24,939 bases of DNA, taken from the NCBI GenBank assembly GCA_000388065.2, contig KB932207.1; one strand, given 5' to 3'. The DNA comes from Fonticula alba ATCC 38817. Taxonomy: Eukaryota; Protista; Nucleariida. Numbering within the stretch: the first letter of the stretch is position 1; the number at the start of each line of letters is the position of its first letter. Below, piece after piece: positions 1 to 11,200 of the stretch. The notes under the pieces were generated by a model, which worked only from the letters and a program-made list of their open reading frames with translations, was not told where the DNA came from and ran no database searches. A program made the translations under genes and the position numbers.

Positions 1-502
1 GCGGCCGCCACGGCCCGGGTCGCGCCAACTGCGGCCGGGGAGGGCGCCGGATGCTTCGAGGTCCACGGCATCCCCGGCGCCGCGGTGGCACGTGCCAGGT
101 GTCAGATCCCCACCCATGACCGCGGGTGCCGGTGGGGGGGGGTAGGCAACCGTTGGAACGTGCTCCCTTCCTCGTGGGACCGCCCCTCGCGGGGGCGCGC
201 ACGCCCCTTTGCTCGGCGTCCGAGCCTGGGGGCCGCACCAAACTGCCAGGTCAAGGGGCCGGCTTCCCGCCGCTCCGGCCCCTGAGCCTCTCTTCGCCCC
301 TCGTTCTAATGGCAGCGCGATCCTCGCATCTCACAGCCAAGAGTCAGATCCCTCGACCGGGCCGGGGCCTGCCCGGCAGCGGGGGACGCCCTCCCCGCTA
401 TGAAGAGCAGGCCAGCCCCCACCGCAGGCAAGGCAGGCCATAGCCCTCCCCTCATCGCCCCGTGTTGACGCGCCTCATCTTGCCTGGCGTCACCCTTCTC
501 TC

Positions 503-536
<34 letters not shown>

Positions 537-540
537 AGTC

Positions 541-1591
541 ATGAAGTGCATTTTGCAGCGGGTCACCGCCGCCAGCGTCACCGGTGCGTCGGATTCCTGC
601 ATTTCATCCTACCTGGCACACTGCGGCCTGACAGCGCATCCTGCCCCGCACGCTCGCCCCCGCGCCCCCCTCCCCCTCCCCTTCCGCCGTCGCGGCTCGC
701 AGTCGATGGTGCCATCGTCGGGGCCATCAAGGAGGGCGTCATGGTTCTGATCGGCCTGCACCACGAGGACAAGGACGCCGACCTGGACTACATGTGCGTC
801 TGCCGGCCGGCTGCTCACCAGCCGTATCCGCCCCCCCCCCCCCCCCCCCCCCCCCCTCCCCCCTGACCACCCCCTGACCACTGACACGGATATACACCAC
901 CCCATGTGCGGGGACCGCCCAATAGCGTCTCGAAGATCCTCACCACGCGCGTGTTCGACGGCGAGGCCACCGACACCGCGCCAGGCAAGCCCTGGGCCCG
1001 GAGCGTCACCGACGCCGGGTATGGTGTCCTTTCCGGTGCGCGGCCCCACCATGCCTGCTGCCGGGGCCCGGCACACCCGCCCTCTGTCTGCTCGGGGTCT
1101 TGTCCCTCTCTCTCTCTCTCTCGCCCTCTCGCTCTCTCTCCCTTTGCCCCTCCCCTCGGCATCTTCCCTGACCATTCCTCCGTCCGCTCTCTCGCCTAGT
1201 CTCCCAGTTCACCCTGAACTGCCGGATGAAGGGCACCCGGCCGGACTTCCACCATGCCATGTCCACCGACAAGGCTCGCGAGACGTACGACCTCTTCCTG
1301 GAGAAGCTACGCAAGGCCTATCCTGGGGGTCATATTGCCAGTGCGTGATCCTCGCCCCCCTGCCAGTGGCGTATGCCTTACTTGGCTATCTCTCGTGCCC
1401 GGCCCTCCGCCCTCGTCCTCCTTGGCTGATCCTTGTCCCCCCCGCCCCCCTCCCCCTCCTCCTCCCTGGTAGACGGCATTTTCGGGGCCAACATGAGCGT
1501 CAACATCGTCAATGATGGCCCGGTGACGATCACCTTCGACTCGCGCAACCGCAAGGCCGCCGAGCTGGACAAGCCCCTCAGTGGTCAGTAG
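541..1591 (+). CDS. DTD1: D-aminoacyl-tRNA (D-tyrosyl-tRNA) deacylase, 167 aa; exons 541-583, 703-793, 926-1035, 1200-1340, 1473-1591
   Basis: Spliced translation MKCILQRVTAASVTVDGAIVGAIKEGVMVLIG...VLSVSQFTL...RPDFHHAM...GIFGANMSVNIVNDGPVTITFDS carries the DTD family SQFTL and NDGPVT (Gly-cisPro) motifs. Four GT-AG introns restore one frame (504 nt). Confidence 0.95.
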
Positions 1592-1659
1592 AAATGCCCC
1601 TGGCATTCGCCACTCTTTGGAGGGGGCGCGGACGCGCATGCACACGCGAGGGCGATATA

Positions 1660-1660
1660 C

Positions 1661-1705
<45 letters not shown>

Positions 1706-1740
1706 TGCTGCTGCTGCTGCTGCTGCTCCTGCTGTCGCTG
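1660..1740. repeat. Interrupted (CTG)n trinucleotide tract between the convergent DTD1 and PSMC2 3' ends
   Basis: About 25 CTG units with a few GTT/CTC interruptions, starting about 70 nt after the DTD1 stop. Confidence 0.9.
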
Positions 1741-2234
1741 CCAATACACCACCGCTGCCGCCGTCATCGCCACCCATGCCAGGTACATCGGCTCCGTAGA
1801 AAATATACATATTTATATACACACATACAGCGCGTCCCGACGAAAGACGAAAAGGGGTGCTGGTTCATTGTACAGATGCAGGATGCTCCTGCGGGGGGGG
1901 GGGGAGGGGGGGGAGGGGGATGGGCGCAGCCGCGTCCCCATATCACCGGGGGGGGGAGAGAGGCGGGAGGAGGGGAATCGCAGGACAGCGAAAGGACGGG
2001 CCAAGGGGGTGGTGGGCAAAGAAAGAGAGGGAGAGAGAGGGGGAGAGAGAGAGGCCGGGCAAACTGAAGACGGGGGGCCGGGGCGCGTGCGCGCATGTGT
2101 ACAAACACACAGACACACACACAGGCACACACGCGCGCCAGAAAAAAAAATACACGAGGGGCGCGAGGGGGAGGGCCAAGAGGGCAGCAGGGTGCAAATA
2201 TCACGACGCCGCCCGGCCGGCCGCGGCAGCCAAC

Positions 2235-4402
2235 TCAGTTGTAGGTCATGTAGCGCGGGGTGGCGCTGAACTTCTTGTAGCCCTTGATGACCTTGTTCAC
2301 GGCGTCCAAGAAGTCCTTCTCGGTGGCCAGCTTGCGCCGAGCACGGATGGCGAACATGCCGGCCTCGGTGCAGACTGACCGCATCTCGGCACCGGTGGCG
2401 TTCGGGCACAGGCGGGCAATCAGATCGTAGCGGATATTCCGCTCGACGCTCATCTGCTGCGCGTGAATGCGCAGGATGTGCGCGCGGCCCTCCTGGTCCG
2501 GGAGGCCGAACTCCACACGGCGGTCCAGACGACCGGGGCGCAGCAGAGCCGGGTCCAGGGTATCGGGGCTGATGGCAGGGTGGCGGGGGAGGAATGGCGA
2601 GAGCACAGGGTGTCAGAGAGAGGGAGAGGGAAGAAAAAAAAAAAGTGTGCGTCCGTGCAGGCGGGTGGGTGGATGTGCGGCGCGAAGAAGGCCAGCAACA
2701 GGGCAGGGGAGCAGGGCAGGGCAAGAGGACACGACGCACCGGTTCGTCGCCATCAGGACCTTGATGTTACCACGCGCGTCGAAGCCATCCAACTGGGTGA
2801 TCAGCTCCAGCATGGTACGGTGGATCTCGTTGTCACCGCCGGCGCCGTCGTCGAAACGCGTGCCACCAATGGCGTCAATCTCGTCGAAGAAAATGATGCA
2901 CGCCTTCTTGCTGCGGGCCATGTCGAACAGCTCGCGCACCATGCGCGCGCCCTCGCCGACATACTTCTGCACCAGCTCCGAGCCGATGACTCGAATGAAG
3001 GTGGCGTCCGTGCGGTTGGCCACCGCCCGCGCGCACAGAGTCTTACCGGTACCGGGCGGCCCGAACAGCAGGATGCCCTTCGGCGGGTCGATGCCCAGCG
3101 AGACGTAGCGCTCCGGCTGAAGAAGCGGAAGCTCCACCACCTCGCGCAGCTTCTCAATCTGCTCCTTGTAACCGCCAATGTCATTGTAGGTGACATCCGG
3201 CTTCTCCTCCACCTGCATCAGAGTGACCGACGGGTCGATCTTCGGCGGCAGGGGGATCTGAATGAAGTACTTTGTCCGGTCGACACTGGAGGGCGGCGGC
3301 GGCGGGGGGGGGGGGGGGGCAGCAGGGCATGAGTCGACCGGAAACCGAAAGGAAAACAACAGGAAACCCGGGGGAGCAAGGGAAAAGAAAAAAGGCGACA
3401 CAGAGGGCGGCAGGTCTTCAGCCACACGACATACCCAACACGCATGCCCTCCTCGATATCGGTAGGGGTGGTCTGGTCGCCAAGGCCGACCACGAACTTG
3501 GCGATCTGCTTGAGGCTGATGACATACTGGGTCCGGTCGTCCGAGGTCTTGGGCTTGATGATCTTGGTGCAACGAGCCACCTGGTATGAGGGCTCGGACA
3601 TCATGCGGTGGCGATCAGCCGGCAGGTCCCACATGCTGGGGGGGGCCAGGCCGGTGTCGCTCTCCTTGACACCTGGGGAAGGGAGGGTGAGAGGGAGAGA
3701 AGGAGGAGGAGGAGGGGGGGGGGAGGAGGAAGAAGAAGGCAAAGGTGAGGGAGGTTCAGAGGGCGAAACAAAAGAGAGGCGGAGAGGAGACGGAGGGGGA
3801 GGATGTGCGCGCGTACCGACGGTCTCATTCACCCGAGAGAGGGTGCTCTTGATGTCGGTCTCGAGGTTCTTGATCTGGGCGGCGTACGGCCCGCTGCCGT
3901 ACGCCTTGAGGACGGCCATGTCGCCCGGGTCGAGGGCTGGATTGGGACAGGGTGTCAGGCTCGGGCACACAGCCCACGGGCGGAGAGGGGAGGGGGATAT
4001 GTCCACCAGCGCATGGTGGGGCCGTACCGCGGACGCTGTCGTCGGGCTTGTCATCGGTGTTCTTGGAGACTATGATGGGAGAGAGAGAGGGGGGGGGGGG
4101 ACGGGGAGGGCGCAAGGCAGTAGTCCGTGGGTCAGCTTGCGAACGAGGCTTGGGAGCGGGCATGCACGCGGTTTTCCGTCAATTAACCCCCCTGAAGCAG
4201 CGGGCGGACGCACACTTCTCCCAGTTGGAGCCGGTGCCAGTGTTGAACTCTGTCGGGCGCAGGAGGAGGGGACGAGGAGGGGAGGGCGAGGGCAACAGGT
4301 CAGGAGGAACGCCGGAGCAAAGGACTCTCACGCGCGGCGCTCACACGCAGGGGCGGGGCAGAAGGGGGCGGGGAAGAGCGCCGGTGTGGACGCACTGCTC
4401 AT
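2235..4402 (-). CDS. PSMC2: 26S proteasome AAA-ATPase subunit Rpt1 (regulatory subunit 7), 440 aa; exons 4402-4396, 4249-4214, 4069-4028, 3936-3817, 3672-3435, 3285-2740, 2568-2235
   Basis: [26 protein letters not shown], Walker [28 protein letters not shown], Walker [29 protein letters not shown] and C-terminal [11 protein letters not shown] are diagnostic of Rpt1. Exons sum to 1323 nt in frame. The first three short exons are less certain than the rest. Confidence 0.95.
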
Positions 4403-4654
4403 AGTGGGCTTCTAGGCAGGCCGGGAGGCAGGAAACACACGGCGGACGAAATGGAGGGAGGGAGAGGGTGGAAAGAGGGAGGGGGATAGGGGGAGAGAGG
4501 GGAAGAAGGGAGTGTGGCAGGGGGAGGGAGGCGAGGAAGGGAGGGGAGGGGTGATCGGGGCTGTGTCGCCCCCGGGGCTTGCACAGGGCCCGGAGAAAAA
4601 GAAGCGCCTAGCGCCTGGGGGCGGGGGCGCGGCCCCGGGCGCGAGAGGGGGGGG

Positions 4655-4874
4655 NNNNNNNNNNNNNNNNNNNNNNNNNNNNNNNNNNNNNNNNNNNNNN
4701 NNNNNNNNNNNNNNNNNNNNNNNNNNNNNNNNNNNNNNNNNNNNNNNNNNNNNNNNNNNNNNNNNNNNNNNNNNNNNNNNNNNNNNNNNNNNNNNNNNNN
4801 NNNNNNNNNNNNNNNNNNNNNNNNNNNNNNNNNNNNNNNNNNNNNNNNNNNNNNNNNNNNNNNNNNNNNNNNNN
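4655..4874. other. Assembly gap (220 N), flanked by G runs
   Basis: N run in the sequence. ORFs spanning it are not interpretable. Confidence 1.
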
Positions 4875-6045
4875 GGGGGGGGGGGGGGGGGGGGAAAGAC
4901 CGAGAAGGACACCAACAGCCGCCAGCCCGCCCGCCCGCCCGCGGACAAGGGCAATGAGCCGAGCGCCGCACTGTCATCGCGCTGCGCCGGGCCCGGCCAG
5001 GCTCTCGACGGAGCCGCCCCCAGAAGGGGCACACAACGGCAATCGACGCGCCAAGCATTTTGAAATCCCCCCCATCAAAAGAGCGCAAGATCCGGCACCC
5101 GGCAGAAGCGCCAGCAACCCCCATGTTGGTCTCTAGTCGGCGCAGCGGGGCCTGACCGTCGGCCCGGCACCGATTGGTGTCGTATGCTCGTCTCCCCGGC
5201 CCGGCCCGGCCACTGGGAGGGGCTGTGGTGCATTGGTGGGCCAAACACCTGGCGGTCTGGGCAGGAGACCCCCCACACGCACACGCACACGCACACGCAC
5301 ACGCACGCACGCACGCATAGACCCCGGCCAGCCAGCCGGCACCGAGAACCAGGACAGCTGCCGGAAAAGTGAAGTGACATCAGGGGGGGGGGGGAAGCGC
5401 CCCGCTGCCGGCCCGGCCAGACCAGGGGAGACACACACCGGCGGCGAAGCCTACATGGGCGCCTCCGCTGGCAGGTCCCTCCCCCGCCCCCCCCCGTTGG
5501 GCAGGCGCCGCCCGTGCAAGCCGTCCGCCCGGTGTAATTAATGTCCACCACGGTGGGAAGTGCCCCCCGCCCAGCGCCTGTGTTGCAGCTCCCGCTGTGC
5601 TTGCGTTGCGCCATCGTATGTATGCTCCCCCGGCAGGACCCGCATCCTCCGGCGACCAGCAACGCAGAGAAACCACCTTCGAGACTCTCGTCTAGGGGGG
5701 GACGAGCCGGGCGTGCCGGTGACCAGCTCCCCCCGGACGGCCGGGCGGCGGGGCAATTCTGGCATGTTCCTCTCGCGTCCCCGGCGTTTATGGTGTTAAC
5801 TCACATTGTATGTGTAACACGCACCGGATGAGTTTACATCACATGGGAGTCATCCCCGGAGTGGGCGCCAGCCGTCCGGAGCGAGAGAACAAGAGCGAGA
5901 AAGGGAGGGAGCGAGCGCGAGGAGGAGCGAGATCACTCTCAGCGGTTCGGAAGGAAAGTGCGAGACACGGCAGGAGAATGTACAGTTTGCGTGTCTATTT
6001 GGCCAGGGAGGGGGGATCGCAGGAACGTGGGGCGCCGGCCTGCGC

Positions 6046-6318
6046 CTAGCTCGATGCCCCACTGGTGCTCAAAAGGGACCCCGGCTCCTGTGCAGTGGCA
6101 ATGGCCAGCGGGTCGCCTTCGGCAATGCGAGCACGCTCGTGACGCTCGTAGCAGTCGCGGAAGGCCTTCACCAGGGGAGCGCACACGCGCCAGTCCCGGT
6201 GATCGGCGTAACAGATGAGCACCTGGTCATTGAGTTCCGAGCAGCCCGTCCGGGCAATGCGAGCGTCATACTCGTCGGGAGTGTCGTCCTCGGGGGTGGG
6301 GAGCGGGGCGGGCTGCAT
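6046..6318 (-). CDS. COA4: Cytochrome c oxidase assembly factor 4-like twin CX9C protein, 90 aa, single exon
   Basis: DEYDARIARTG-C-SELNDQVLI-C-YADHRDWRV-C-APLVKAFRD-C: two CX9C motifs with the DWRxC linker typical of Coa4/CHCHD8. Confidence 0.8.
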   Translation of the reverse strand: MQPAPLPTPEDDTPDEYDARIARTGCSELNDQVLICYADHRDWRVCAPLVKAFRDCYERHERARIAEGDPLAIATAQEPGSLLSTSGASS

Positions 6319-6896
6319 TATGGGGTCTGGTGAGCCGTGGGCCGCGGGAGAGGGATGCCGGACAACAGGAGCCGAAGCAGGGGAAGGAACAAGTAAGGAG
6401 AGAGAGGGAAGGGGGGGGGGCGAGACGAGATGGCTATGAATCTCTAATTGGCCCTCGTCGCGTCGGACCTCTGGAAAAAGGCCAGCACAGATCTGCTACC
6501 AGCTACGAAGTGCCCCATCTTGGGGGAGTCTGGACGAGGGGGGAGGGGGGCGGGAGGGGGAAACGTGTCTGTCGGGGATTCACCCGACTTTCCACCTCTG
6601 GGTCGGTCGGTCCGGCCGCCAGTCGGGGCGCTTGAAGGGGGAACACACAATCCCTGTGTGTCTGCTGTCCCCGCGAGATGGAGGCGGGGGAAAAAGGGAT
6701 AAAGGGGGGGGGCACATCTTGGCGATCTGATCGAGGAACATGGGAATAAATGCCAACGGAGTCTGACGTTATTTTTAAATCTTGCCAGGCGCCTGGCATG
6801 GCCCCGGCTGGCGGGGGCTTTTTTTTGCGGGCCACCGCGTCGATCTCGCCAGGGAGTGCCGACAGCTACACACCCCAGCCTCCCCCCCCCCCTTAG

Positions 6897-7082
6897 CACA
6901 CACACACACACATACACACGTCCTGGCCTACCTCCCTCGCTCTCGCTTCACCCTTTCGCTGCTCGAGCCACATACACTCACCCCCACGGCCAAGCCATCC
7001 CATTGCCGGACCCAGACCGACGGTACCTTCTCCAAGCACACACACGCACACACGCACACATGCACACACGCACACATGCACA

Positions 7083-7121
<39 letters not shown>
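6897..7121. repeat. Compound (CA)n / (CACG)n / (GA)n microsatellite block
   Basis: CA runs at about 6897-6919 and 7037-7099, followed by (GA)n to about 7121. Confidence 0.85.
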
Positions 7122-7122
<1 letters not shown>

Positions 7123-7274
7123 TGGAGACAGGGAACTCCCCCGCAGGGGCACCAAAGCAACGACAAGCTCTCGAGCCTCCCCTCCCCTCTGTGCCTAGCT
7201 GACCGAAAGCAGCGCACCTGTCTCCTTTCCTTGTCAAGACACCGCACAACGTGGGGAAGAAAAGCACACCTCCC

Positions 7275-10200
7275 ATGTCTGACGGGATCTCCGAGCGACC
7301 TTCGCCACCACCGGCCCTGTCGCCTCCCTCTCCGCTGGGCCTGTCTCGGAAGCATCGGCGACTGGCTGGCACCCTTGGTGGTGACATGGACGACGAACAG
7401 CCAAGTCCGTCTGGCATGCTGAGCCCGCCAAGCCCGCTGAGTCCGATGGCTGGCTCGCCGGGGGTCGACACTGAGGACGACCTTCTTGGCAGCCCCTTCG
7501 GCGAAGAGTCAGATCTGGATGACATTGACCCGACCCTGTTTGATCCGATCGTCCCCATGGGCCCACACACCTCGGTGGATCGCCCGCCGCTGTCGGACTC
7601 GGAGGGCCTGGCGAACGGGCATCCCCCAGAGGCCGACAGCCGTTCGGCTCGTACGGCCTCTCGCCAGCCGAAGATCACCTCGTTTGCCAAGGTATGGCCC
7701 GGCTGCACACTCTGCCCTTACCTGCCGAGCCTGAACTGCCCCTGACCGATGGCCGCCCACCCCTTCGGGACTCTCTGTTGTTGTTGTTGTTGCTGTTGCT
7801 GCTGCTGCTGCTGTTTCTGCTGCTTTTGGTCGTGGTGGTGGTGTTGCTGCTGCTGCTGTTGTCTAGTCGATCGACGACCCGGACATGGCTCGCTTTGCCC
7901 TTGAGCGGGAGCTCGCGAGTGCGTACCTACACGTACACCCCGATACGCCCATCGGCCACATAGTGCTAACAAACACGCCCAAACACGCACAAACACACAT
8001 CCATGCACCAGGTATGCCTGTGCGCATGCCACAGTCGGAGACCATTCAGATCGACATGCAGGACATCCTGGCTCGGGTTCTGCCCTCGATGGCCAGCTCT
8101 CCCCCGGCCCCGGCCCCGGCCCCGGCCCCGGCCCCGGCCCCGGCCCCGGCTCCCGGGCTTGACAGCCCCAAAATTGGCGCCACGTTCCTCGGCGACGATA
8201 TCGATCTCGTTCTGGACCTGGATGCCACGGTGACCGATATGGCCCTGCTGTCCCCCTCGCGGTCGAGGCCGGCGGCTGCCCCGGTCGCCGGCCTGCTGGA
8301 CCCGCCGCTGCCGGCTATTCTGCCCCGACGCGAAAGTCTCGGTCCAAAGGTAGACAAGGAGGCCGAGGCGGTTCTTCGCCGGCGCATCGACCCACTGACA
8401 CTGATCCGCCAAGCCGCGGCCAAGGAGGTGCGCTTTGCCATGCCCTCTAGGGCACGGCTTTTCTGCATGTATCTTTGTTTATTGTGGGGGGGGGGGGTTG
8501 AGGGCTATGTGGTGCTTTGTACCCAGCAGCAAGGGGCGCCCACTCACTGACAAGCCTCGCCCCTCCTTCCCCATCCCCCATAGCGCACACCCGCCATGGC
8601 GCGGAAGATTTCGCGCATCTCAAACCAGGCCCGGCCCGGGGCCATCCCCGTGACGATGGCCACCTCGGCCGACTATGTCCTCGCTCGGCCCGGGCAGAAG
8701 GACGACTCGGACGAGGGAGGGCCCGACTTTGAGCCAAGCGACGGCACCACCGACTCCAGCGGCACTGAAGATGATGACGACGACGATGACCAGGACACTG
8801 AGGAGGAGGAGGAGGAGGAGGAGGGCGCCGAGAGGGGCGCCCTGCGGCCGAGCGTCCGTCGACTGCTGGACGAGCTGCACGCGGCGGATACCACCGAATC
8901 GGAGCTTGTGCCGGGTCCTGTCGGGGCGCCGACGGACTCCGGCCCGGAGAATGACGAGGTGGATGGGGAGGTGCTGCTGCCGCGGCACCGGCGAGCGCGC
9001 ATCGCGCGCGCGCGCGCGCGCCTCGCCGAGCTGCAAGCCCTGGCCCAGGAGCAGGCCATCCGGGCGGAGGATGCCGAGATCGAGCGGGCCGAGCTGGAGG
9101 CCTACGTCCGGTCATTGGAGCAGCGCCCAGCGCAGCAGGAGGCTGGAACCCGGCAGCCGGGCGCCGAACGGGCCGGCCCGGGCCGCGGTGGGGAAAGCCT
9201 CTTCGAGCAGCAGGCCGATGTGCGTTGCACCGCCCTCCGGCCACCGGACCAGGGGGGGAGGGAGAGAGAGAGAGGGAGAGCGAGGGCTGTGGCAGGCATT
9301 TTCACTTGGACCCCGTGCCGCTGACCATGTAGCTGCTTCTGCCCCCGGCGCCGCACGCAGGAGGAGGATGAAGAAGGACAGCTGGTGTTCGACAGCGCCC
9401 TGCGGGGAGATGTGTCAGATGATGATGCAGCTGCCCCGGGCGAGGAGCGGCTGACCCGCGAGGATTTGACCTTCATCGATGTGTCACGGGCCACGGCCCG
9501 CGAGGAGGCCGCCACGGCCGACGCCAGTCGAGCTCTCTTCCGGGACCAGGTCCGCGCGTCGGATCGCGAGCAGTTCCAGCGGCTGGAGGCCATCGTGTCC
9601 GGGACGGCGGCCGTGGGCCAGGACGACCCCCTGGCCGGCGGGGGTGCCGACTGGCTGGCGGCCGGCGGCGCCTTCGGCGGGTCGGACCTGGACGTGGGCT
9701 CGGATGCCGACCCCTTCGGTCTGTCCGATGATGGGGATCTGTCGGATGGCAGCCCCGGCGGGGGGGACCTCAGCGGGCGACTGGCCTTCTACCTGAGTGA
9801 AGATCGCCGGCGGAAGCGCGATCGCGAGCGGCGCCGACGCGAGGCCGCCGAAGACGCGGACGACGCCCCGGCAAGTGACCAGGCGCAGGCCGACGAATCC
9901 CGGGCCACCGGGCGCCGGGGGCGCAAGGCTGCTCGCCGGGCCGCCAGCGACCAGCCCTTCGACCCGGCCACCTTCGTCAGTGCGGACTTCTTCGACCCGC
10001 CGGCCATGCGATCGGACAGCGACGAGGAGACGCGCGGGGCACAGGTCAGCGAGCAGATGATCCGCCGGTCGGTGCTGCGGTCGTACTCGTCGTCACTGGC
10101 GTCCGGGGCTGTCACCCCGGCCGGCGGGCCGTCCCCCTCGACCAGCACGCTGGACCTCCGGGCCGCCGTTGCCGCGAGCATGGTGCGCGTCGACCTTGTT

Positions 10201-11200
10201 CTTTTTCTTCTTTTTTTTTTTCAGGCGGGGCGCGGGGGGGGGGGGTTGACTGCGCCCCCTTCCCCTTGACAGGCAGGGGGGAAGAAAGAGCGAAAAGGAG
10301 GGACAGCCGGCGAGCCAGCGCATCCACGCGTCCTGTCCTCTGCCCAATGTGTGCACCATGTCGCGGGGCGGGGGGTAGAAACCTGGCATTGCCAAACCGC
10401 GCACCGTGGCCCACACTGACCCGCGAGGGGGGGGGGGGTACTCTGCCCACCATGTCTTCCTGTGCCGTGTGCACGACCCATAGTCCCGCAGCGTGGACAG
10501 CCTCCCGATGGGGGGCACTGGCGGCAGCCAGCAGCGCGTGCCGGCATCTGGGCCACCATCGGCCCGGGGGTCGGCGACCGCCACGCCGTCAGCCTCAACC
10601 GACTCGCTGGTCAGCCCGTCGTCCTCCTCCTCCTCACTGCGGAGTCTCCTCCCGCGGGCGGCACCGGTCGCCACAGCGCCTGCCGCCGGGCTGCTGAATG
10701 CCCGGGCCCGGAGCAACTCCAGCAAGGTGCGTGTACGCCCGGGTGCGGGGCGGTCTCCTGCGGGCATCTTTTCTGCGCGTGTGCCTCCCCCCCCCCCCCC
10801 CCTCCTGCTGCGCATGATATCTTGGTCCTTTGCCGCCAGCCCACTTACTCGAGTCCCCCGACCTTGCGCCGGGCTCATCCCTCCCCCCGCTCCCCCTCGG
10901 CCCCCGTTCGCCCTCGGCGGCTGGCGCGTGCAGTCGCAGTCCTTCTTTGACTATCTGCTGGAGGAGGACGCAGGCGGCCGGGGCGGCACCACCCCCAGCG
11001 TGGCCAGCGCCTCGTCTGGCGAGTCGCTGTCCCTCGAGCAGATGACCTCTCTGCTGGGGAACTTCGACCCGACAACCGATTCGCTGGGCGCCAGTGGCCT
11101 GGTTGGCGGTGCGGCCGGGGCTGGCGTGTCCACCCGCAAGCGCCAGTTCGTCTACCAGTCGGTCCAGCAGCCAGATCGCGACTCGCAGGATGCCGGCTAG
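7275..11200 (+). CDS. ~950-aa acidic/Ser-Pro-rich protein, putative Mrc1/Claspin-like replication checkpoint mediator; exons 7275-7691, 7867-7918, 8012-8427, 8584-9219, 9361-10182, 10484-10726, 10934-11200
   Basis: Six GTRYG..AG introns join the coding-like ORFs into one frame (2853 nt), so the gene model is fairly solid. The family call is tentative and rests on SLFEQQADEEDEEG...GDVSDDD...DLTFID...ALFRDQVRASDREQFQRLEAIVSG followed by acidic then RRRKR segments, resembling the MRC1-like domain. Confidence 0.6.
7775..7861. repeat. Imperfect triplet repeat (GTT/GCT/GGT) in intron 1 of the Mrc1-like gene
   Basis: About 29 in-phase triplets; the reverse strand reads as mixed CAA/CAG/CAC. Confidence 0.85.
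8104..8151 (+). repeat. (CCGGCC)n coding hexamer repeat encoding a Pro-Ala linker
   Basis: Seven perfect units plus one variant, in frame in exon 3 (PAPAPAPA...). Confidence 0.9.

Noticed and set aside
3825-4163. ATG at 4163 (MPAPKP...) as the PSMC2 start
   Set aside because: It runs through a C-run/(CT)n intron-like tract; the micro-exon model gives consensus splice sites and the NWEK motif.
5793-5860. AT-rich hairpin (GTGTTA/TAACAC, CACAT/ATGTG) with an ATGA..AAA..GA pattern downstream of COA4, SECIS-like
   Set aside because: COA4 has no in-frame TGA and the SECIS helix geometry is not met; more likely a 3'-end region.
6794-6806. GCATGGCCCC, identical to a U6 segment
   Set aside because: Isolated 10-mer with no ACAGAGA upstream or AAGGATGA downstream.
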